Shown here one piece after another: positions 1-13,059 of a stretch of DNA of 64,000 bases (position 1 is its first letter; each line of letters opens with the position of its first letter). Both the position numbers and the translations under genes were made by a program. Origin of the DNA: Camelus ferus (Eukaryota); NCBI RefSeq assembly GCF_009834535.1, contig NC_045707.1, forward strand, positions 62,064,001-62,128,000. Reading direction: 5' to 3'. The notes beneath the pieces are model-generated. The model saw only the letters and a program-made list of their open reading frames with translations. It did not search any database and was not told where the DNA came from.

Positions 1-824
1 AACCTCAATAGAGCCATGTCTGAAGTCTAGTTATGGCAGCCTTTCTAGTATAGAGAAATTTCTTTTTGTAAATAAGCCAGATTGAGGTGTATTTCAGTTC
101 CTTGTTCTCCAAAGAGTTCTGACTCATAAACTTACTTTCTTATCAAAGCTCCAAACTGCCTCCTGTCTGCCCACTCTTGATTCAGAAGCATGCTTCATTT
201 CTCATTTATTCACTATTCATTTTTCTTTTTTGGATTTAGTAACATGATTTGGGGCTGATTTCTTCAGCTTAGATCTGCAGCTATTGGTGGGACGGGCTGC
301 TCCCACTATACAAAGCTCTCACCACACAAAGTCATTTGCAGAATTCTCCAGTTATCTTGCAAGCCCCACTTCCCACCCCTAGCTTCTTTCTTGTCTGAAG
401 ACACAAAATTAGAAGAAATTCACAGTAAGCCAGATAATTAACTGATGAAAGCATAAACAAAGAGATGACTTAAGAGCTCTTCAAGAGGCCATGGGACATT
501 GGAAATGAGGGATCAGAGAGCGTTTGTAAGGACTTTGGCTTTCTTTGACACCCAGGTGAATAACAGCACCATTTACAAGAAAGTTGTAGGGAAAGATAAT
601 ATAATTCGGGTTGTATGTCTTTTTATCTCAACTGCCCCATAACTAGTTTAATTTACTTCTCCATGGATTCTAATCTCATTACCAGTTTCCTCACATCTGC
701 TCTTACTCCCTGCTACCTAAAAGCCAGAGAGAATTTTCAAAATCCAGTCTCCTTAGAATACTATAAAGACTTTCAACTGTTTTCAGGCGAAGAAAAAAAA
801 AATCCTGTTAAGAAACTGAACTCT

Positions 825-936
825 GAGGGGGAGGGTATAATTCAGGGGTAGAGTGTGTGCTTAGCATGCATGAGGTCCTGGGTTCAATCCACCCAAATTA
901 CCACCCCCCCCCTCAAAGAAAAAGACAAAAAAAAAA
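825..936 (+). mobile_element. tRNA-derived SINE, camelid Vic-1-like
   Basis: GGGGAGGGTATAATTCAGGGGTAGAG...GGTTCAATCC head (Pol III A/B-box-like) and A-rich tail. TSD aagaaactgaactct (810-824) / aagaaattgaagtct (937-951). Confidence 0.9.
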
Positions 937-1129
937 AAGAAATTGAAGTCTAGGGAAACATTGTTCCAAAGGCACTGCAGAGTTCACCATCAACTAAGAA
1001 ATATTTAGTTACATTAAGGAAGTTATGTAAACAGCAACTATCAGCACAATCTGGCGGTCGCCCAGCCTGTCAGCCTTCGTTGGCCAAGCACGTCCCCCTC
1101 CAGTGAGTCCTGCACCCTGGCCATCCCAG

Positions 1130-1490
1130 TTCCTCAGAACACCCAGCTGCCTCTACTTCAGGCTTTCGGTCATGTCCTTCATTCTGTTGCAGCAACGCAG
1201 CCTTCCACACCTTATTTCTCAAGTTATTTTTGACTTATTTCCTTAACATCCTTCGCTAGAACAAATCCCCCTATTAAATCTTTAAATTGCTTTGTAATTT
1301 TTACCAGATCTGTAGTTTTGTGACCGTTCATGTGACTATTTGATTTCTTAAATTCCTTCCTCACGGAACAGTGTTGCTCCGTGAGGGTAGAGACCACAGA
1401 AGTGTTAGTTCACCATTATAGTCAACGTCTTGTTACTGCATGGCTCATTATAGAGCCCTCATTTATACGTATTGCTTCAAGAATGAGTGT
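1130..1490 (+). mobile_element. L2 LINE 3' remnant
   Basis: ctccgtgagggtagagacc...gttcaccattatagtc...gcatggctcattatagagccctc resembles the L2 3' terminus; highly diverged. Confidence 0.6.
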
Positions 1491-2409
1491 TTTTTGAGAG
1501 TGTAGACACTTGTGTTAAATACTATTTTCTTTTTCTTGCTGTTGCATGTTGGAGTCCGTAAGGAACAACATTTTCCAAAAAATATCCTTCTCCCTGCCGT
1601 GGCTCTGCTTCAGTTTCATTGTTATGTATCACCTAGACGAAACGCCTTCTTTTCTCCTTTGACAATAAATGCTTGCTCCAAATATTACTTGGTAGGATTT
1701 TTGAATCCTACACATATTATGTAATGTTTGTGAGTAGTTTCATGGATGGTATTGCTCTCAATTTAGGCAGGATTACTGATGCCATTCCTTTGATAGAGGA
1801 AGTTAATTTTTCTTACTGCAATTTATTTACTCTGGAAATATCAGAAAACTCACTAGTCAGAGGTTCCTTAATCTCTTGCCGTTTAAAATGACAATTTATG
1901 TGGTAGGAATGGCAGCACAAGAGAGTGTCATTTATTTCTGCAAGGTTTATGTAATGGACAGAGTGCAGACAGCAGATAAAGCTGAATATTTGTGCCTGGG
2001 ATAGAGAATATTTTAATTGCAAATTCACCTGTAGAAGAATTCTTGTCACTACCTTAGAGCAGAATAAATAGATGATCTCCCTCTTACTTCTGCATGCATA
2101 CTTATGAACCTTATCAGAGAATCAGGCTAGACATAACTGCACTCTGTTTAACTCTTTCTCTGCTTTCTATCCCTGGAAGTGTTATAGTTCACTCCTTAGC
2201 TACCATGTATCTGCTTTGGGGAGGAGGTCTCTGGGAATTTGCTAAAATGACACCATTGCCAAATCAGGATGGCCAGTTTGTACTACCAGAAAATAAACAG
2301 CTAACGCGTGAGATTAAAAATACAAACACTATTCGTCAGGGTTTTTGCCGCCTGGATTTGGAGGTGTTAGTGTAGGGTTTTAAATTTTCCAGGTTATAGT
2401 GCTTGTGAG

Positions 2410-2620
2410 GTTTCGGCACCACTCTATACAATATTAATTTATTGAATCCCCATACTGAATTATCAGACATTATCACAGCCCCTCAGAGGAGGAAACTGAG
2501 GCATAGAGACGATAACTTGGCTGAGGTCATACACGTACTGAGTGCTGGCACCAGGACTAGAACTCAGCAATCTGGCGTCCAAGTTCACACCCTTTCCCAC
2601 AGTCTGGCGTTGACTCTGAA
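2410..2620 (-). mobile_element. MIR SINE
   Basis: gaggaaactgaggcatagag...acttggctgaggtcatacac...ggactagaactcag is the reverse complement of the MIR core. Confidence 0.85.
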
Positions 2621-2824
2621 GTTTACTATAGGCTCATTTGTTTTGTTTCGGTTGGATCTCTAAAACTCACCTTGGCTTCAACTTCAAAAAAAAAAAACAA
2701 CAAAAAAACACAAAGTACAATCTATTTAATGTTCATTTTATCAGCATTCATCTTCCTTGAAAAACTACTTAGTAAAGTGCACTGATGCTTCCTTGATTTT
2801 TCCTTGTGGGCAAACACAGAAGAG

Positions 2825-3349
2825 TGTGCTTCGCAAGACATTTGCAGCTTGATCTGTCTTCCCCCACACAGTTCTCCCCATGTGATGCTGACATGCTCTC
2901 CATGAGAGCTGGGGCTGACGTTGTCTCCCTTTGAATATGAGTGGACCTGTGTCTACAGTGGAAGTGACCGAGAAGAGGTTATTAAAAATGACATAACTTC
3001 CTCCTGGGCATCCTGAGGTGCTTGTTCCTGGAACCCAGTGACCATGCTGCGATGAAGCCCTGACCACATGAAGTGGGCACGTGAAGTGATTTTTGGTCAT
3101 CAGTGTCAGCAGAGATCCCAGCCAGCAGACAGCATCAGCCACCAGGTAGCGTGTGAAGACTACTTCAGATGATTCCTGTCCCCAGTTTGTGAGTTCTTCT
3201 AGCTAAGACCTCAAACGGTGCAGGTCAGGGATAATCTCCTCCTTCCGTACCCTGAAATTCCTGACCCATGGAGTCTGGAGTACAATAAAGTTACTTACGC
3301 CAGTAAAGTTTTGTGTTGGTTTGTTACTTAGCAGTAGATAACTGGAACC
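2825..3349 (+). mobile_element. MaLR solo LTR (MLT1G/H-like)
   Basis: Typical MLT1 3' end: aattcctgacccatggagtc...aataaag...gtttgttacttagcagtagataactggaac; internal cccagccagcagacagcatc motif. Confidence 0.75.
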
Positions 3350-3509
3350 ATAAAAATAAAGCTAATATTCTGGCTTTTTATAAGGCAAAAAATTGAAGCA
3401 GTAATGTAATTAGAATTATTCATTATAATTAAATCCTGGAAGAACTTGAAAATCACTTCAGCTCAAATGCATCTAATCTTTTAAAAAATCAGAGAGGATT
3501 TTGAATTTT

Positions 3510-3634
3510 TTTTGAGGGGGGAGGTAATTAGGTTTATTTACATACATATATATTTTAATGGAGGTACTGGGGCTTGAACCTAGGACCTCATGCATGCCAA
3601 GCACACACTCTACCACTTAGCTATACCTTCCCCC
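3510..3634 (-). mobile_element. tRNA-derived SINE, camelid Vic-1-like
   Basis: ggaggtactggggcttgaacctaggacctcatgcatgccaagcacacactctaccacttagctataccttcccc. Flanked by tttgaatttt (3500-3509 / 3640-3649). Confidence 0.9.
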
Positions 3635-4100
3635 TTGAATTTGAATTTTAGTGATGAGTTTTTCACTTTTGCTGCTGCTGCTGACTTGGGTAATTTTCTT
3701 ATTATCTTTTCTCAAATGTTTTGTGCCTCATTTTCTTTCTCTTTCCAGTTCTTGACTGATAACATTATGATGCTATTATTATTCTGCTTAATTACAAACT
3801 TTTGCAGAAAGCGCTCGCTTGCGTGGCCGTGTGAGTATATCTGAGTGCTAAAGGTTTAACCATGTGGTCTGACGTGTTTACCGAATTTTAGTAAAAAGAA
3901 ATAAGTTCAGGGTCACTAGCACTTGAGCACTTATTGAAAATAATTTTATTTCAAATATCATCATTGGAAACTATACCTCAAGTATGTTTTCAGCAATGAA
4001 GGATATTCAATAGTCAATATTTTGGGGGTAATGGAGAGAAGTATCAGAGGAAATTTTCTGAGTGATTTTTCCACAAAAAAGACAAATTATGACTGTAGCA

Positions 4101-4271
4101 TGTGTGTGTGTGTCTGTGTGTGTGTGTGTCTGTGTGTGTGTGTGTCTGCGTGTGTCTGTGTGTGTGCCTGTGTGTGTGTGTCTGTGTGTGTGTGTATCTG
4201 TGTGTTTGTGTGTGTGTGTATGTGTGTGTGTGTGTGTCTGCGTGTGTCTGTGTGTGTGTCTGTGTGTCTGT

Positions 4272-4303
<32 letters not shown>
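4101..4303. repeat. Long interrupted (TG)n microsatellite, ~200 bp
   Basis: Directly visible TG array punctuated by TC/TA/TT/CG variants. Source of the Cys-Val and His-Thr ORFs. Confidence 0.98.
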
Positions 4304-4899
4304 TTTGAGACCTAATCTTCTTGGGGGAAGTATCTAAATCTGACACTGTTCATAACTTAAAATATTGCAATAATTTAAGTTTACTAGATCTGAGTTTTAG
4401 TGCAATTTGTAGTATTTTATTTGAATATATTAAGTACCTGATTAAAGACACATAAGTGTTTTTTTGATATATAAGACATTAATTATTCTTCAAGGACTCT
4501 AAATTTTTTCACTGTGTTGACAATTTTATGTGATATAATCATATGCCTTAATGTCTTAAACATATAGCTCTCTTGACATTTTAAAAATGTGAGATTTAAA
4601 AAAAATCACAAATATATTTAAATAGCTATAGTAATATTTTTTCAGCTCATCATTACAAAATAGCAGACATCATATATTCTAAAACAAAAGCTAGCAAGAG
4701 AAAGGAAAGCAGAAGTGGGAGCTCTGTGCTGTAAAACACACAAGACAAAAACTCTGTTAGTTCATGTGCTCAGGTGCGTCCCACATAAGTGGACATATTA
4801 ATTAAAAACCAACATCAATACAAAACAAGCAATAATATTTTTAAGAGAAGTAGGAAATAGTCTGTTTTAAAGCACTTCATTTAGATAAAGGGTACTAAG

Positions 4900-5540
4900 T
4901 ACTTACTTTAAACCAGCAATTGTGGTAAGTTTTGGGGACTCAAAGAGACCCTCACCCTCAAACACAAAAATTCTGGAGAGAAGGAAGAGATATTTGACAG
5001 AAACATATAATAACAATGCAACGTGTAAGTACGCAGGCATTTAGTACAAAGGTGAGCAAAAAGAGTCCACAGGAACAAACGTTCTCTGAATGGGGATCTG
5101 CCAAACAATTTTGGGAAGAAGATGATCCCTCATGAAAGTTTTGAAGGTTGGGTTAGAAGAGGATGAAAGAAAGAACATTCCAGGAAGAAGAGGAAGCCTC
5201 TGGAACCACAGTCAGATGAAGAATCCTTTATGGAGGAGCTCAAAACAATGTAGCATGATGGGAGCACACAGATCCAGCTGCACAGAGGGATAAAGGTCTC
5301 ACCCTATCAGGCAAGATCTTATCTACTATAAGGAGCTATGTCTTCCCCTAAGGTATGGGGAATGAAGCAACACGGAAGAATTTATGAGACGCAAAATGAC
5401 AGGGTCAGACAGCTGTTCTAGGTAGATCACTGAAGCTTTGCAGAAACTGGGTTTTACATGGGGGGAAATTCTTTCAGTAATTGAAAGCAGAGACTGAGGG
5501 TTTAACTACAGCAAAGGAGGCCAGAGAGCAAATGTTCAAG
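4900..5540 (-). mobile_element. L2 LINE remnant
   Basis: Purine-rich tract with L2-like motifs (gaacattccaggaagaagagg; gacagggtcagac...agatcact). Confidence 0.5.
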
Positions 5541-6699
5541 AAACAGTGATTTTGTGACGTTATCAGTATTTTGACACATAAAATGATATATGGTAACCAT
5601 GATTTAGAGAACTGTCACAATAACCTTATAAAGACCATACATAACCAAATGGAGATAGTAACATCTCACTCTTATGCAGAGGCATAGTAAGAGGTAAACT
5701 GTATGCTTTAAGGGGCCAAGACAAGTGTCCATGCTCACATCTGTGTCCTCCAAGGTGAGAAATTCTGCTATCAGGTGTTTATTCTTCTGGCATGGTTTTC
5801 TTTTAAAAGTAAATTCTTATTACTGGAATAAACCAACCTTTATGATGTTGATCTATGGAAGTAGAAACCATAGAAAATAAAGGTACTAATGAAAGGAAAC
5901 ATTGTCCCAGAAAGGAAAGGGACACTAAAGTCAAACTTTTCTGCACTTTCTGATACAGGGTAATGAGAGTCTTTATTTGAATAGCAATTTTTATATATGG
6001 AATTATTATTCCAACCAGATAATTACACAGAACAGGAATCACACAGAATAGGGTTAACAAGATATTAAGCTTGGATCTGCGAGTTACTTAATTTTGGGTT
6101 ATTTGATACTTCACTTTACAATGAAGATATTAAGATTTGCACTGTATCACTCAGTATAATGATGCGCATGAAAGCATGCTGACATTATTTTGACACAAAT
6201 ATGGAAAGTATGTAGATACACTAACAGAGAATGTTATCTGCCTTTTCTTTTATGTAACAGTTCATTATGGTTTCCCTGTTAGTGTTTCTTCCTTCTTCGA
6301 TGAATGACAACTGAGACAGAGTTTTCTTCTATATAATTATCAAAGAATGTCTACATTTCTACAGACATAAATTTAGCTAAAACCACATGGATAGGATCAG
6401 TAAAACCCCCAGTGATAGAGCATAGTATAGGGTCTTGCACATTTGAATAGATCCACATTTAAATATATCTTCTTGGTAGCAACTTTGCAAATCATCTCCA
6501 CCGTGAACTGACATATAACAAGTATGTTCGTTGAAGATAAGGACCCTGCTGTATACCTTATTTATAGCCCTAGCATTCCCTAACATATTTAAGCATAGTG
6601 CTGTCAATTAATGTTTAATTTAGAAAGATGGCATAGTATTTTATAATTAGTATTTGGGGTAACAATATATTTGTGTTTGCAAAATTGCATCCTGGGTTG

Positions 6700-6910
6700 G
6701 CACGACGACGAACGAAGCCTCAGTCCCAGCTTGGCCATTTAGTAGCCACTGGACCGGATCCACTTACTCAGGCTCTCTGGGCCACTAGGTTCCTCATCTT
6801 TAAAAAATGGATAATGCCTGTTTCCTGCAGCTCCAACGATTTCATAAGAAGTTGTACATAAAATGCTTAGCACAGCTCCTGCCTTAAAGTTAGCTCTCAA
6901 TAAATATTAA
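6700..6910 (+). mobile_element. MIR SINE
   Basis: cccagcttggccatttagtagc...ttcctcatctttaaaaaatggataat...aaaatgcttagcacag...ctcaataaatatta. Confidence 0.85.
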
Positions 6911-7799
6911 TTCTCTCCTCGCCCATCATTCTCCAGAAGTTGAATTATATGCATATATTTATAGGCAAAGTAATTAATAGCTGGTGCTGCTAACATCTTA
7001 AAGTGTTAGTTACAGGAACATCTTATATTCTATAAATGCCAGAGGATAACAACAACACCTTCAAGGCAGAGGTACTCGAATAACTTGTGACAGCAATCTT
7101 ACTGGTGGGAAATAAATTATAATAGTAGTAATTTCCCTATGAAATTGGAAACCTTTTCATAAAAGAACAGTTCTTTTATCTTTAACTTCATAAATCATAG
7201 TATATAATGTGCTCTCAGCTTGAAAATAAAGACGTTCTTTGGTAGGTGTTGAAATTTATAACGTTGTTACTTGCAGCACTAGACAGAATGCCACTTTAAA
7301 GAAATCTGACTGCATTTTCTCAGTGAGACTAACTACTCTGCCTACATAAAAGAGAATCACAAAAAATATTATGAAATCTCACTCTGGCTTTTGCTTCTTG
7401 AGGAAGTTTCTGACCCTCAGCTGGTTTCTGGTGATGTCAGTGGTGAATTACTGTCTGTACATGGCATGTTTCTAAATAAATGAACAGCCCTCAGCCTGCT
7501 TTCGTTTATGCCATTCTCTCAAGAAGCTAGATCCCACACGTGTCACTGGTTCCAGAAGCTCTGTTCTCCTGAGAATAAAATGTGCCACTGCATTCCATAG
7601 ATTAAAAGGACTCTTCACTCTGGATGGGCCTTGGATAGACAACTTGTAATAATGGTTGGAAAAAGGAATTTTTAAATGGCGATTGGGAAAATACATGCAA
7701 CTTCATATATTTTCATTTCATATATTTTTGGTATGGTCCATGTTTTGGATAACTTAAAAATCCTGCTGTTTGCCTGACAATATCTTTATGAGTGTTTAT

Positions 7800-10700
7800 G
7801 AGTGGGATTCTTACCCAGTTCTTAACTTCCCTCTCTGTTTTCACATCTCTGAGACTTGAATCATGATCTAAAGGCTCTCCCTGCCCACTTCAGCTCCCAT
7901 CCCTTTATTCTTCTCCAATATTTCCCCCAGTAAATTTCTCATATCTTTGCAACTATTTTCCAGAGGACCCAAACAGATACACTGGTGTCAGGAGTTGTGC
8001 AATGAAGCAGGCAGTAAGACTGGGTTTGGGGAATGGCAATAGGTCCTACTGTGAGTGGAATGTGGGGCACAGATAGTTTGTAGCACAAAGTGGTTGCCCA
8101 ACTGCTAAAGATTCCATGAGTGGTGAACTTGGCAAATAACACGGTAAAGGAAAAATCCTTGTTCGTATGATGATTCAGGCATTTGAAGGCTAGGGGGGTA
8201 AACAATGGCTCCAAGGACAATAGAATTGGCAGGATATTACTGAGTTATATGCCACCCTAAAGAGATAATGAAAAACTATGGGATGTTAAAAACAGTTAAA
8301 GCCTAAGTGTGAGAGCTCAAGAACACCTTTGGTGGCTTAAAAAGAAGCCCTTATTACCTGCAGACAAGAAGCAGAGGAGCAGACACAGGATTTGAGAACG
8401 CTGCAGAACTCCAGCAACACTTACATGCTCAGCCATGGCTAAGCCAGGAGCCTAGTTGGACCATGAAACATAGGATAGATTTCCCTGAGGATTTATGCTC
8501 TGTTGGCTGCCTTGAGTCCTCCAAGTTGGTCATGGTAGCCCACCCTTCCTTAGTGAAAGGTACCACCCACCTCACTGTGCAGGAATGTACTGCCGAGGAC
8601 ACATCCTCTCCACCCTAAGGCATGAAGTGTTCCCTCAGGGCTGCCCCTCTCCTGGCTGCTAGGCTGGCGGCTAGCGTTAAATTTCAGCACACACCGGCTG
8701 AGGACACGCTGGGACTCATAAGGAAACAGAAATGACACACCAAGGTATGTGCAATAATTATGCAGCACGTACCATGAGGAGCCAGAAGAGTATTCCTAGG
8801 ATTAGATTCTGAGGGTGCTTGATCAGAACATAAGATTGGATAAGGGAGAACTTGTAGAATTATGGGCACTTTCTTGGAACACAGGACCTAACCAGCCATC
8901 AAGAACCCCAGGGACTGAAGCAAAGTCAGTGTTAGGATGATGATCCATTGACTCCCCGATCACTGAGGGAAGAGGAAGAGGGACGGAACCAGCAAGGAGA
9001 CAAAGGCTCTCCTTTAGCCAGCTTCCTAACAGGGCACAATGCATGTGCATCCTGGGCACATAAACAGAATGTCCAATAATGGCCGGTATAGAGGTTCAAT
9101 GCAATGGACTCCTATTAACCGACATCAATCAAGCAAGAAATGACTGAATGTCCAATACGTTAACTACAGAGGTCAATGCCGGGCCCCCAACTGGGTACTT
9201 TTCCATGAGGTGAGAAATTAATTCCTCAACCACAACTCTACCACATCGTGTTATTTCTACCCTAGAGTGCCAGTGGTTTGTCCTCTAGGAATGGATGTTT
9301 CTATTCTTGTATAAAAATGACTTCCCTGTGCAGTGTCTCAGCCAGCAACATAGTCTGGGAGATTATGAAATGGCTCATCTGCAGACATGGAATCCTGCTG
9401 CCTCGGATACAACCAGGGGACTCACTTTACTGTGAAAGAAGTATGAGGGTGTGGCCTGTGACCTAGGATAATGGGTCTCACTGATCCTGTCACCATCCAT
9501 GCCACCCAGAAGCAGACATTCTTGTAGAGTCCCAAAATGGCCCACCTAGGACACAACTGAAATGCCATCTTGGAAGCGATACTCTGCTACGGTGAGGTGC
9601 CACCCTTCAGGAGGGAGGGCATGTACTAAATCATAGAGCTCTAAATGTGTTTGGCTCCCCCAGTAGGAGGAATATATTGGTCCTGGAGTCAACAGACACA
9701 CTATTGTCTGAATGTTTGTGTTCTCTCAAAATGCATATGTTGAAATCCTAATACTCAATGTGATGGTATCAGAGGGTGTGTCCTTCGGGAGGTGCTTAGG
9801 TCATGAGGGTGGAGCCCTCATGAATGGGATTAGTGCCCTTATAAAAGAGGCTTCAGAGAGATTCCCCTTCCACCATGTGAGGATAAACAGAAGTCTCTTA
9901 GTTTTACCCCTCAGCCCCAGAAGATGATCACCCTCACCAGACCATGCTGGCACCCAGGTCTCAGACTTCCAGACTCCAGAACTGTGAGCAGTACGCTTCT
10001 GCTGTTTAGAAAGCTATTCCATCTGTGGTGTTTTGTTACAGTAGCCTGAACAGATGAGGACGGGGTGGAAGCAGGAGTACTCATTGTAACTCCCTGCAAC
10101 TCATGGGCAGACATGATGTTCCTTCTACACAAAACGCATAGCTCTAAAAGTGGGAAGTCCCAGTCCCCAAAGCAGGGCACACAGAGAGGCAACACAGTAA
10201 AGGAATCATTGAATTTTAAGCGAGAACAGCTCCCAAGCCACGACGGACTCCCTGTGTCCGGGGAAAGGGTCACCATGTTGTCAGCGGGAAGTGGGACTGT
10301 TTTCACACAATGGAAGCAGGACAGAATGGATGCCGAAGCCAAGTGATCCACCAGGCACTCCTTCCCCTAACAGACAACGGCCACGTTCACCAACCTAGCT
10401 ACTCCCGCACCTAATTAACAGACAATAGACACATGCAAAACAACCTGCACTGGGAAACATGTGATTTTCAAAGGTTCAGACCCCTTAGGAATGAAGGATT
10501 GTGTTGCACTCCAAACAATCCATTAGGACAAGTTGAGGTGATGGCAGAGGCTGAGGGGAATTTAGAGTGGCTAGAGGATAAGGGAGTTGACGAGTCTTAG
10601 CCTCATTCCTAAGACCAACAGGTCACAGTTCATCTCCCTAACCCCCCATTCTACACATTTTCAGGAAGAGAAGCCAGTGGGAACCCTAGAAGGACAGCTT

Positions 10701-11112
10701 TCCAACTTGAAGGGAAACGTGGTCTCAACAATGGCGCTACCACCATTTTAGTCATGATTGACCAACAGCCCAGCTACCATTCTTTGCTCCGTCATCGTCT
10801 TCACCCTGCTGCTGCCGCTAGTCAGCGATGAACATGGTGGAGTATTAGTGCCAGCCCCTTCTTGGCAGGTGGAAGATTTCTTTAATGGAAAACTCCTACT
10901 TTCAAATTCCTCATCAGCCTGGCCAAGACGTCCTTAGAACTGTGCTGCAGTGTCACTCCTCTCTACCCAGTTGTTACCTGACCTTCTCCTTTTACAGATG
11001 ACAACTTCTCACTCCTGATCTGTTTGTCATGCATAAGCGGTCTTCCAGATAAATGTCTTGAACATCAAATCCCATCTTGGCCTTTGCTCCTGGGAGGATT
11101 TCCACGAACACA
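7800..11112 (+). mobile_element. Degenerate ERVL provirus (LTR16 / ERV3-16A3-int-like): partial 5' LTR ~7800-7981, internal region, 3' LTR ~10730-11112
   Basis: Both LTRs end in LTR16-like tails (...cagaggacccaaacagataca; ...cccatcttggcctttgctcctgggaggatttccacgaacaca). PBS tggtgtcaggagt (7983-7995) is complementary to a tRNA-Leu 3' end. Decayed gag-like (~8100-8930), integrase-like (~9050-9690) and dUTPase-like (~10130-10330) sequence, all frameshifted. Confidence 0.8.
9699..10061 (+). mobile_element. MaLR solo LTR (MLT1A-like) nested in the ERVL provirus
   Basis: ctgaatgtttgtg...catatgttgaaatcctaa...gtcatgagggtggagccctcatgaatgggattagtgcccttataaaagagg...ttccagactccagaactgtgag...ttgttacagtagcctgaacaga. 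ERVL sequence resumes at gggtggaagcaggag. Confidence 0.9.
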
Positions 11113-11119
11113 GAAGTTA

Positions 11120-11290
11120 TCAGTCCTTCCTATGTACTATTTCTGTTTATTCTATTTTTGCATTTCCTGAAGGATATTAAAATGTATTTGTTTACATGTC
11201 TGTGCCCCTACTGGACCGAGAGATCTTAAACTGTAAATGAGAATGGGCCTAACACACAATCTAATATATACCAAGTAATAGGTGTTTGTT
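11120..11290 (+). mobile_element. L2 3' end remnant
   Basis: tatttgtttacatgtctgtgcccctactggaccgagagatctt...gcctaacacacaatctaatatata...aataggtgtttgttg. Confidence 0.6.
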
Positions 11291-12162
11291 GGCTACAGTT
11301 TTATTAAATTTATATGTTTTAATATATAACAAATTATGCATTCATATTGTATTATCCTATTGTATACCTATACCTATAATAAATTTAGCATTCATATTGT
11401 ATTATCCTATTGTATAATTACTGATAAGCCTTTCTCCACTGTGAGCCATTCAGAGTAAAGATTCTTCTTATTCACCTTTGTACTCCCAGGATATAATGCC
11501 ACACAGTAATAGCTACATAAATACTAAAAATGTGAATTTTACTTCTTTTAAATGTTGATAGCCCCTATGAAATGACAGAAGATATTCAGCATAAAACAAT
11601 GATGAAGTCATTATTTCATAATATGTGGGTATGTCAAACATGAAAAGCAAGATTTTAGAACTATTTAAGTTGCATCTTCTGACATTTTAGAAAAAATTCA
11701 TGAGATGATAAAAGTAAGCATGCTGATTAATTGAAATAAGAATGAACGTATAATGGTGGTTCTTAAAAGGTGGCCTGTGGTCACTGGATGCTCTAGAGGG
11801 CTGCTTTTGGTAAAGAAAATTGTTTCTGTGTTGAGTCAATTCATACATCAAATCTGTATTGAGCATTTCCTAAATGCCATCTGCTATATTAGAAACTGTG
11901 TATTTTCTTATAGTTAAGTATAATTATTTAAAATGAACCACATTGAAACATTTATTTCTTCATTGAAATTTCTTAGTTTAGTATGTATTATTTACTAATG
12001 CTTAATAACTATTTATTAATATTTAATGATACATAATTTTAAAAGACATTCTCATAGCTGTTAAAGATATACCACTTTATATACTAATATTACTCTCTCT
12101 TATTGTCATTGGTTTCCCTTTTCACACTGAAAAATAAGAACAAAGCAACCACATAAAAATTA

Positions 12163-12240
12163 TGAACCATTATTTTGTACCCCTGAAACTAATATAGTAC
12201 TGTAAGTTAACTATACTTCAATAAAAAAATAAAAATAATA
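12163..12240 (+). mobile_element. Short 5'-truncated L1 3' terminus
   Basis: gtacccctgaaactaatatagtactgtaagttaactatacttcaataaaaaa followed by an A-rich tail. Confidence 0.8.
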
Positions 12241-13059
12241 ATTCATTTGGAGACAAGTCATATTTTCTTTAAAAATCTCATGAACTACTTATAAAATGGC
12301 AAAAGTAAAAATTTACTCACATATGATTATTAAAATTCTATAACAAAAACATTAAAAACACAATATTTAGTAATTTGCTAGTCTAAAACATTATTTTTAC
12401 TGCAACTTCCTTCTTTATATCACAGAAAAATACTAAAATGATTAGAACTCCTAAAACAAGCAACAACAATTTAACAAATAAATAAAAAAAGTAAGGATCA
12501 TATCCCCCTTATGTAATCAGAACAAAATACTGCTTTTGGTTCTTTCTAACAAATTACCACATCATTGCTCTGTCACAATTAGATATTTTACCTTACTGGC
12601 CCTAACTTCCCATATGTCCTCTTTGATAAACTATGGATTGGCAGACATTATGCTACTGAAGCTATTCTTTTAAAAGATCACAACTAGCTGCTGACATTAA
12701 TTCTCAGAAAGTTTTAACAATTCACTGCCATGAGACTCTGTGACATGAGAACATGTGATCTGTGAGGTGGGAGGGGGTTAATAACTGAGCAGAGACGATC
12801 ACAATGTGAAGCAAACATTTTTAGAATAAAATGTATCCGGTAACAAAAGCTAGTAAATGACTGACTTAGGGGTGAGACTATCAGTTAAGCTCAAGCACAG
12901 GTATGGGTTACCCCATTTAGTTCTTATTAGCCATCAATTTACACGATAAATAAGTAGCAAAACCTTTTTTAAAAGGAACCATCTCTGTGAGCAGGGTGTA
13001 TTTAGTAGCACAGTTCAGGAACAGCAGAAACACCAGGAATTTATACAGACTAACTCTCA

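Noticed and set aside
825..890. tRNA-Ala-like sequence (also at 3560-3634, 23158-23240, 35414-35490)
   Set aside because: Mutated cloverleaf, A-rich tails and TSDs show these are SINE copies, not tRNA genes.
4022..4346. Cys/Val-rich and His/Thr-rich ORFs
   Set aside because: Translations of the (TG)n microsatellite, not metallothionein-like or other real proteins.
9911..10351. 146-aa ORF, longest in the window
   Set aside because: Antisense across an MLT1A LTR/ERVL junction; a chance ORF.
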